From Eledone cirrhosa (Eukaryota), in contig OZ024752.1 of NCBI GenBank assembly GCA_964016885.1, positions 38,068,001 through 38,132,000 of the forward strand: a stretch of DNA of 64,000 nt, in the 5' to 3' direction. Below are positions 54,176-64,000 of this stretch, one piece after another. Below the pieces are notes generated by a model. It saw only the letters and a list, made by a program, of their open reading frames with translations, did not search any database and was not told the origin of the DNA. Positions within the stretch are counted from its first letter, which is position 1. The number at the start of each line of letters is the position of its first letter. Both the position numbers and the translations under genes were made by a program.

Positions 54176-54327
54176 ATAGATATAAGTAGAAGGGATATTT
54201 AATTTGTTGGAAATTCAACAAATATATATGTTTATAACTGATTCAGAGCACTCAACTGTTAAGTAAGAGTATTCAACTGATAATTTATGTTTCCTTGGCT
54301 ATGTCAAAATTTATAAAACACTCTTTG

Positions 54328-54389
54328 TATTTTATCTGATGAAAGCGTACCAAAGTTTTTGGTACCCTTGAAATATATATAATAGAATA
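54328..54389 (+). ncRNA. Minimal hammerhead ribozyme (fold-back family copy 2, element ~54195-54432)
   Basis: TATTTTAT-CTGATGA-AAGcGTACCAAA gtt TTTGGTACcCTT-GAA-ATATATAT-A-ATAGAATA. Confidence 0.75.
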
Positions 54390-56112
54390 AATATGGTTTT
54401 ATAAATATAGTTCCCATTTATTTAATATCATCGTAGCCTTGTAATCGAAAGGTTGTGAGTTCAATTCTCGGACCTGGTGATGTGTTGTTTCCTTGAGCAA
54501 GACACTTTATTTCATATTGCTCCAGTTTACTCAGCTGTAGAAATGAGATGATAGGACTGGGGTCCCTATCATTCCACTGCAAAGTGGTCGTGGGGGGTGC
54601 CACAACAAAAAAGCACCCAGCTCACACTGTAAAGTGGATGTGTGGGCGCCATGGCAAAAAAGGACCCAGCACTCACTGTAAATGAGGTTGGTGTTAGGAA
54701 GGGCATCCAGCTGTAGAAATCAAGCCAGCATCAGTTCCCGTCCCACCTTTGCAAGCAGGGAAAAGCGAACGTAAAATGATGATGATGATGATATATATAT
54801 ATAAATATATATATATATATCATCATCATCATCTTCGTTTAATGGCCATCTTCCACACTAGCATGGGTTAGACGGGAGTTGTCCCAATTTGAGGCAAGGT
54901 TGGTGGGGTGACTGTGTCTCGCTCATATAGGACTATCTGGCAGGTTTTCTAAGGCTGGATGCCCTTCCTAACACCAACCACATTTACAGTGTGGAACTGG
55001 GAACATTTTACCGTGTTTATGAAGGAGTGATGCTGGAGCTGTGAAATCTTGCATGCATTAATTTCAATTCTTCTTATTAATTACTGCATTATTTCTTTCC
55101 AGGGACTATGTTGAAAAATAAACCTCATTTGGTCAATCCATGAGAATATCTTGGTCAGCCTGTGGACTTTTCAGTTTACCCTTGTAGAAAGAAAAACTAC
55201 AGCCTGAAGTTGCAGAGGAGGGGGAGAGAGAAACCATTGAGTTTTGTTTACACCTGGAAATGTCTAGAAATGGTCAAGTGTAATGTCAGAGAGTTACTTG
55301 ACTTGCATGAGAGTCAAGTAGAAGATGTAGTGATGGTATGTTGTATTTTTTTTTCAATGGTTTAGTCAGAAGAGAGATGTAGCATTCGTGACCTTTTGTA
55401 GATAGTCTGAGACAGGGGTTGGGGTGAGGCTGGAGGAAGAAACCTCAAACCAGAGACCTGGTCCCTAATGCTTGCAACAGAGTAGACTAAATGATAAAAA
55501 CATTTTAAATTTAACCCTTTACTATTTACATTACTCTATATATATTATTGTATTTTTGCAGTAAAGGCTTTACCTCACATAATTATCTCACATAATATTG
55601 AATCTATATTTTGATGTTATTTATTTAGGGTGGTGGATTGGCAGTATAATAGAGGGTCGGACGCCATGCTTTGTAGCATAGAGTTCAAATCCCGCCGAGC
55701 TTAACTTTGCCTTTCATCCTTAAGGGGTCGATAAAATAAAGTACCAGTAATGCATTGCAATAATTGCTGGCCTTGTGCCAAAAATAGAAACAGTTATTTA
55801 TTTTGAGAACAATAAACTTAACGTCAGTATGAGTGGTCAGTTACGGCTGGTTTGAACAGAAAGAGGTGAGAGAATTCTGGCCGGATATGACCGGTTTAAA
55901 TGCTAATGGGTTAGATCAGTAGTATAGATATGATGAAGATGCATGGCCTAGTGGCTCGGGTGTTGGACTTATGACCATAAAGTTGTGTGTCTGGCATATT
56001 TACATGTCTACATGTTGAAATATGTGTATATTTATATGCACATTGATGCAGTCTTCGTTACACACTCTGTATATACATATGTGTATGTGTGTGTGTATAT
56101 ATATATATGTAT

Positions 56113-56720
56113 GTCAGGTCACCAGTTGGTGCTACTGGTAACATGTATCCCAGTACAACCTGTCTCATGGTCGGGTCGTTGGCGACTAAACTGGCAACCC
56201 CACCAAGGTTTCTTGGTGAGGAGGGTGGCTTTGGACATCCTGCAGGACTAAAAGCAAAACCTGTCAAAGGGCAAAGGAGCTCTTAAGAGTCAATGGTCAT
56301 CCAAAATCACCGGGAGAGATGACCCCTTAGCCTTTGTCAAGGCAGAATTCTAGGAGAAGGAAAACTCTGATATAACACCTGCAACCCTGATGGTATCCAA
56401 TGATGTTGACTTGTTCTTCTTTTTGGTAAATATCATCTTGGTTAAGAGAGTGGGACTGGCTTTGTGCAGTGCCTTTGCTCACTATAAAAGCTTCACGGCA
56501 CAGGCATTGCTTTGTATCTGGAGATCTCTCTGCACTTGTCGTCACATGGTACCATGGGCCCAGCACTGTGTCAATAATTGTCACAAGTATAGTGTTTGTA
56601 CCAGAGTTTTCAAGTCGCTGGCTGGACTAAAAAGTCACACTCGTTCAGTGCATCGGTAGGGGTTCTCCTACATGGATATAAAGTAGTGGCCGTACTCGAA
56701 AACGAGTTGGCAGCCACCAT
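56113..56720 (+). mobile_element. Bipartite non-autonomous RTE-derived element, longest copy
   Basis: 5' part carries CTAGGAGAAGGAAAACTCTGAT (recalled RTE 5'-UTR-like motif); 3' part encodes CHKYSVCTRVFKSLAGLKSHTRSVHR* (RTE C-terminal zinc-finger-like) followed by a CTCG-AAAA-CGAG stem-loop. Confidence 0.7.
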
Positions 56721-56875
56721 ATATATATATATATATATATATAGAAGAGATATTTAATTTGTTGGAAATCCAACAAATGTAGATGTTTATAACTGATTCA
56801 GAGCACTCGACAGATTTCTGGAGTAAATATTCAATGATATTAAATAAATGGAAACTATATTTATAAAACCATATT

Positions 56876-56937
56876 TATTCCATTATATATATTTCAAGGG
56901 TACCAAAAAGTTTGGTACACTATCATCAGATAAAATA
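56876..56937 (-). ncRNA. Minimal hammerhead ribozyme (fold-back family copy 3, element ~56745-57122)
   Basis: TATTTTAT-CTGATGA-tAGtGTACCAAA ctt TTTGGTACcCTt-GAA-ATATATAT-A-ATGGAATA. Confidence 0.7.
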
Positions 56938-57692
56938 CAAAATGTTTTATAAATATTTGACATGACCAAGGATAATATACCTTAAGGGTTCAAGTTATCC
57001 CTGGAAAGTCACTTTCCAGGGATAACTTTCAAGGGTACCAAACTTTTTGGTACCCTTGAAATATATATAATGGAATAAATATGGTTTTATAAATATAGTT
57101 TCCATTTATTTAATATCATTGTATATCATCATCATCACCATTTTACGTCTGTTCTTCCACGCTAGCATGGGTTAGACGGGTTGTCCTGTTGTGGGCAGTG
57201 TCTGGTCGGCTGACCATGCCTTGCTCATACAGGAACTGATTTGGCTTGATTTCTACAGCTGGATGCCCTTCCTAACACCAACCTCATTTACAGTGAGTGC
57301 TGGGTGCTTTTTCCGTGGCGCCTACACGTCCACTTTACAGTGTGGGCTGTATATATATATATGTATATATATATTTGTATGTGTGTGTGTGTATCATCAT
57401 CATCATCATCATCACCGTTTTGTGTCCATTCTTCCACGCTAGCATGGGTTAGATGAGTTGTTCTGTTGGGTGTAATGCCAGGTCAGGTGACCATGTCTTG
57501 CTCATACAGAACTGATTCTGGCTTGATTTCTACAGCTGGATGCCCTTCCTAACACCAACTTCATTTACAGTGAGTGCTGGGTGTTTTTTGTCGTGACACC
57601 TCCACGACCACTTTACAGTGGGAGGGGCGTGTGGGGGCATATTGTCTACATGCTTCAGCTTCGGCTTGTATCTGTGGTATATACACACACAC

Positions 57693-57723
<31 letters not shown>

Positions 57724-57910
57724 GGTGTGTGTGTGTGTGTATACATGAGGAAATATATAAGTAACAGATGTTTATATGTTTACATATATATAAAATTCTG
57801 GATTTACATAAACTTTTCTTGCGGCTTCGATTAAAAACCTGTACTGTTTGCACAGACAGGACTTTATGGTACACTGCAGTTGCTTAGTGCACAATTTTAT
57901 ATATAAATAT

Positions 57911-57943
<33 letters not shown>

Positions 57944-58297
57944 GTTTAATGTCCATCTTCCACGCTTGCATTGGTTTGGACGGGAATTTTCCCACTTGAG
58001 GCAAGATTGGTTGTCCTGCTCGTATAGGACTATCTGGCGGGTTTTCTACGGCTGGATGCCCTTCCTAACACCAACCACGTTTACAGTGTGGACTGGGAGG
58101 TTTTTACCGTGTTACCTACACGGCCACATTACAGCGTGGACTGTGTGTTTTTTTTGTCGTGACACCTACACGACCTCATTTATTACGGACTGGATGTTGT
58201 GGCACCAACATAGCTTTACATCGAAAGGGGTGGTGTGGATGGGGTGGCGGTAGCGGGACGGGGGTGTATTTTTGTTAAGAGGTGCCTACTGACTGTA
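57911..58297 (-). mobile_element. RTE 3' UTR copy
   Basis: Similar to the reverse complement of 44800-45175. Confidence 0.85.
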
Positions 58298-58459
58298 TAT
58301 ATATATATATATATATATATCATAAAGTGAAATAACAGGAGGCCTCCTGTCATTTCACTTTATAATACATTTACTCCGTTCCCGCACCACCAACATCAAA
58401 GATGGATGAGTTGCATAACGTTGAGTGCTTTTCTCATACATTTTCAAGCTGAAAATACC

Positions 58460-58810
58460 ATCATATACAGACAGTGTACGCTACATGTCCCATACACAGA
58501 GCAGAAAACAAACAGCCTTTGTCAGGTAGCAAGTTAACAAATATGCTGGCACTCAGGAACCACTCCTTACGATGCTGAAAAAACATAAGCTTGCATGGTA
58601 TGGTCATGTATCCTGCTATAACTCCTTGTCTAAGACCATCCTTCAGTGTACAGACAGGAAAGGACAAAGGAGAGGCTGACAAAGAAAATTCTCATCTGGC
58701 AACACCAAAGACTAGACTGGTGAAAACACTAAGACACTTATATGTATTACAGAGAACCGAGACCAGTGGAAATGGCTGGCTACAATAGCATCTAGCGTGG
58801 CCCCTGGACA
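58460..58810 (+). pseudogene. RTE (BovB-like) LINE C-terminal fragment
   Basis: GTQEPLLTMLKKHKLAWYGHVSCYNSLSKTILQ..GQRRG*QRK..ENRDQWKWL..SSVAP. Confidence 0.85.
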
Positions 58811-60527
58811 GACTGCACCAGTGGCACATCTAATGTGGTACTCCAACGACAGGCTGCACCAGTGGAACATCTAATGTGGTACTCCAACGACAGGCTGCAC
58901 CAATGGAACATCTAATGTGGTACTCCAACAACAGGCTGCACCAGTGGCACATCTAATGTGGTACTCCAACGACAGGCTGCACCAATGCATCATCTAATGT
59001 GGTACTCCAACGACAGGCTGCACCAGTGGAACATCTAATGTGGTACTCCAACGACAGGCTGCACCAGTGGAACATCTAATGTGGTACTCCAACGACAGGC
59101 TGCACCAATGGAACATCTAATGTGGTACTCCAACGACAGACTGCACCAGTGGAACATCTAATGTGGTACTCCAACGACAGGCTGCACCAGTGGAACATCT
59201 AATGTGGTACTCCAACGACAGGCTGCACCAATGCAACATCTAATGTGGTACTCCAACGACAGGCTGCACCAGTGGAACATCTAATGTGGTACTCCAACGA
59301 CAGGCTGCACCAGTGGAACATCTAATGTGGTACTCCAACGACAGGCTGCACCAATGGAACATCTAATGTGGTACTCCAACGACAGGCTGCACCAATGCAA
59401 CATCTAATGTGGTACTCCAACGACAGACTGCACCAGTGGCACATCTAATGTGGTACTCCAACGACAGGCTGCACCAATGCAACATCTAATGTGGTACTCC
59501 AACGACAGGCTGCACCAATGCAACATCTAATGTGGTACTCCAATGACAGGCTGCACCAGTGGAACATCTAATGTGGTACTTCAACGACAGGCTGCACCAA
59601 TGCAACATCTAATGTGGTACTCCAACGACAGACTGCACCAGTGGCACATCTAATGTGGTACTCCAACGACAGGCTGCACCAATGCAACATCTAATGTGGT
59701 ACTCCAACGACAGGCTGCACCAATGCAACATCTAATGTGGTACTCCAACGACAGACTGCACCAGTGGCACATCTAATGTGGTACTCCAACGACAGGCTGC
59801 ACCAATGCAACATCTAATGTGGTACTCCAACGACAGGCTGCACCAATGCAACATCTAATGTGGTACTCCAACGACAGGCTGCACCAGTGGAACATCTAAT
59901 GTGGTACTCCAACGACAGACTGCACCAGTTGAACATCTAATGTGGTACTCCAACGACAGGCTGCACCAATGCAACATCTAATGTGGTACTCCAACGACAG
60001 GCTGCACCAATGCAACATCTAATGTGGTACTCCAACGACAGGCTGCACCAGTGGCACATCTAATGTGGTACTCCAACGACAGGCTGCACCAGTGGCACAT
60101 CTAATGTGGTACTCCAATGACAGGCTGCACCAGTGGAACATCTAATGTGGTACTCTAACGACAGGCTGCACCAATGCAACATCTAATGTGGTACTCTAAC
60201 GACAGGCTGCACCAATGCAACATCTAATGTGGTACTCCAACGACAGGCTGCACCAGTGGAACATCTAATGTGGTACTCCAACGACAGGCTGCACCAGTGG
60301 AACATCTAATGTGGTACTCCAACAACAGGCTGCATCTGTGGCACATCTAGAGTAGTACCCCAACGACTGGCTGTACCAGTGGCACCCCAACAACTGGCTG
60401 CACCAGTGGCACATCTAAAGTGGCAACCCAATGACTGGCTGTACCAGTGGCACATCTAGAGTGGCACCCTAACAACTGGCTGCACCAGTAGCACATCTAG
60501 AGAGGCACCCCAACAACTGGCTGTACC
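58811..60527. repeat. 41-bp satellite, ~42 units, related to 36707-38303 in inverted orientation
   Basis: GGCTGCACCAGTGGAACATCTAATGTGGTACTCCAACGACA; distal units match the reverse complement of the 36.7-kb array. Confidence 0.95.
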
Positions 60528-60644
60528 ACTTTTGTCCCGTTAATTCTTACATATTCCTTTGTATGTTTCTAGCCATTAATAGCTTACCATCATCTTGTTC
60601 CTGCAACTGGTGCATGCTTGATGATATAAATATATATATATATG

Positions 60645-60988
60645 TGGAGGCACATGGCTTAGTGGTTAGAGCATTGGCCTTGCAATCGAAAGGTTGTGAG
60701 TTCAATTCTCAGACCGGGTGATGTGTTGTTTCCTTGAGCAAGACACTTTATTTCACATTGCTCCAGTTTACTCAGCTGTAGAAATGAGATGATAGGGACT
60801 GGGGTCCCTATCATTCCACTGCAAAGTGGTCGTGGAGGTGCCACGGCAAAAAAGTACCCAGCACTCACTGTAAATGAGGTTGGTGTTAGGAAGGGCATCC
60901 AGCTGTAGAAATCAAGCCAGAGTCAGTTCCCGTCCCACCCTTGCAAGCAGGGAAAAAGCGGACGTAAAATGAAATGATGATGATGATA
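60645..60988 (+). mobile_element. SINE family A, full length
   Basis: Same as 31452-31796. Confidence 0.9.
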
Positions 60989-61252
60989 TATATATAAAGT
61001 AAGTCCAAAGAATCATTAGATAAAATATATACAGTATTTCCTCTCCCAATCAGTATAAATCAACTACATAAAAAAATCATTTAAACGAGGCTATAAGTTT
61101 AAAATATACTTATGAAGAAATAATAGACAAATGATATAGCTTCTTTTCCGCGACGTACAGCTACATAATATTTACTTAATCTGTAGAAATTGACTAGACA
61201 TACAGTTAACTACACATAATTAGGTACAAAATCGAAGTTAGAAGATATATAT

Positions 61253-61303
<51 letters not shown>

Positions 61304-61316
61304 GTATATATATATA

Positions 61317-61367
<51 letters not shown>

Positions 61368-61496
61368 GTGTATATGTATATATATATATGCGTGGAAGAT
61401 AGCCGTTAAACGTTAATGATGATGATGATGATATATATATATATATACACACATATATATATATACATATACACACACACACATATTTATATACAT

Positions 61497-61539
<43 letters not shown>

Positions 61540-61581
61540 CACATATATATATATATATTCACATATATATATACATACACC

Positions 61582-61628
<47 letters not shown>

Positions 61629-61997
61629 GCGTATGTGTATACATATGTGTATGTATGTGCATTAGATTTCTTTTAAATGTCTTATTTCCTAGAGGGGTGT
61701 TTTCATTCCAACCACAGATGAGAAAGTATCTTGCTGGTCAGTAATTGGAGTAGAGGCTAGGAAGTGGAGTAGGTCATCTCATCTGTCAGTTGTTCTGTTG
61801 AATCTGGGAAGAATTATCTTGACTGTCTAATAGCAACAATGGGTTGGGGTATTGTGAGGGAGACTACCAAAACATTTCAGCAGCCAAAAGGTTAAGGTCA
61901 CTTACATATATTTATATATCATGATTTTCATCACATACATATTAATTTATATATGTATGTATGTACACATGCCTATACACACACACACATACACACA

Positions 61998-62902
61998 TAT
62001 CATCATCATCATCATCATCATCATCGTTTAACGGGCTATTTTCCACGCTAGCCATGGGTTTAAACGGGAATTGTCCCACTTGAGGCAAGATTGGTCGTCT
62101 TGCTCATATAGGGCTGTCTGGCAGGTTTTCTACGGCTGGATGCCCTTCCTAACACCAATCACGTTTACAGTGTGGACTGGGATGTTTTTACCATGTTACC
62201 TACACAGCCACATTACAGCGTGGACTGTGTGTTTTTTTTTTTGTCGTGACACCTACACAACCTCATTTATTACGGACTGGGTGTTGTGGTGCCAACATAA
62301 CTTTACAGAGAAAGGGGTGGTGTTGATGGGGGGTGGGGTGGGGGTGTATATTTGATTAAGAGGTGGTTACTGACTGTAGGTTTCGCTTTGTACTTAGGCA
62401 AGGCGGGTTTTCTGTATTACTGCGTAGCGCAGCGCCAAAGATCTCGGTCCAGTGACATTGTCTTGGAGAGGTGTAAGTGTGTGAGGTCGGAATTTATCAA
62501 GTCGTCCCAGATTTTTCTGCCTACTCCGTGGCTACCGTCTATTTTTATCGCCCTGCACTTTTTTATACAGCTGTCGTCTTTCATGTGCATCACGTGACCA
62601 TACCAACGTAGTCTTCTCTCGAGTAAACAACATCTGATCCCTCTTATACTTAATTTCTCACTTAGTTCTTTTATGCTTTGCTGTTCACGTATATTACTAT
62701 TACACATCCATTGGAGCATGCATGATTCATTCCTCTCCAGTCTGCGCAGGTCCTCTGCACACAATGCCCATGTCTCACTGCCATGTAACATAGCTGTTCG
62801 TATGCAGGCATCATACAGTCTGCCTTTCATTTTAGAGAGAAACCTTTAGCGGCCAATAGTGGTATAAGCTCTCTGAACTTTTTCCATCCTGTTCTGACTC
62901 TG
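61998..62902 (-). mobile_element. RTE LINE 3' portion (ORF end, 3' UTR, tail)
   Basis: MKGRLYDACIRTAMLHGSETW..RLRWYGHV..DRDLWR; same family as 44115-45175. Confidence 0.92.
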
Positions 62903-63313
62903 ATACACACACACACACATATAAATATATATATATATATAGTACCCGACCTCCCATGGGTACAAGCTGAAGCATATAGACAATATGCCCCCACACCCTC
63001 TCACTGCAAGGTGGTCATGGAGGTGCCACGGCAAAAAAGCACCCAGCCCACACTGTAAAGTGGACGTGTAGGCATCCACGAAAAAGCACCCAGCCCTCCC
63101 TGTAAATGAGGTTGGTGTTAGGAAGGGCATCCAGCTGTAGAAATCAAGCCAAATCAGTTCCTGTATGAGCAAGGCATTGTCAGCCGACCAGACACTGCCC
63201 ACAACAGGACAACCCGTCTAACCCATGCTAGTGTGGAAGAACGGACGTAAAACGGTGATGATGATGATGATGATGATGATATATACACACACAGACATAC
63301 ACGTGTATGTGTT

Positions 63314-63344
<31 letters not shown>

Positions 63345-63754
63345 TATATACATTTTTGTCTCTATAGTTGCTCCTTTTTCTTTCTAGCAATTATATTTGT
63401 GTGTGTGTGGACGTGCATATTGTGTGTGCATGTTAATGTGTATGTGTGATGTGATGTGTGTATGGCTGTGTATGTCTATATGTGTATGAGTGTGTGTGGG
63501 TGAGTGGGGAAAACCCGGTTTGTTGAGTGTATGAGAGTAGAATTATTAAGTCTTATAAGTATAACAATTATAAACAAATAAAGAACTTAACCCTTTAGCG
63601 GCATATAGACCAGTTGTATCTGGCCAGAATTCTCACCTTATTCGGTTCAAACCGGCTGTAACCAGCTGCTTGTACCAATGTTAAAGTATTGTTCTCAAAA
63701 TAAATAATATCAAAATCTTGTAGATTCAATATTATGTGAGATATCAAAAAAAAA

Positions 63755-64000
63755 TAATAATAATAATGAAATTATTATGTACAGTGCTCAGGTGCACTAC
63801 AACTCATCAAAGGTGCATGTATAGTACATAGAATAATGTACAAATGTCAGGAAAGTGAACAGTGTATGAGTCATGATATACATGTGTGTGTGTGTATGGA
63901 GGGGGGATATCAGGTGTAGTGTTGGCGAATTTCAGGAAGTATGGAGGTTTTAAAGTGTTTTAAAGATTTGCAGTGTCTCCGCAGCTAACAACTGATGTGG
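63755..64000 (-). mobile_element. CR1-like LINE 3' end, runs off the window
   Basis: Minus TSVVSCGDT-like ORF end, 3' UTR GTAGTGCACCTGAGCACTGTAC and (TTA)n tail. Confidence 0.55.

Overview
AT-rich, repeat-saturated eukaryotic DNA with one 200-N scaffold gap (33125-33324). The SINE, RTE-tail and MITE families look like those of octopod cephalopods (inference from recalled repeat sequences, not a database search). No host protein-coding exon is supported. The long ORFs come from stop-free tandem repeats or decayed retrotransposon ORFs. Content: three tRNA-headed SINE families, several RTE LINE fragments, a bipartite non-autonomous RTE, five CRE-like endonuclease fragments, a CR1-like 3' end, mariner-like, piggyBac-like (TTAA) and hAT-like MITEs, and many tandem arrays seeded inside these elements. 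The most interesting signal is a set of short, ORF-less, (TA)n-embedded fold-back elements, probably Penelope-like termini. They carry minimal hammerhead-ribozyme folds (five well formed, two degenerate). Eight sites, several in these same elements, share a covarying bulged hairpin, ACTC-[variable stem-loop]-TY-GAGTRCT. All folds and alignments were read by eye; none was computed.
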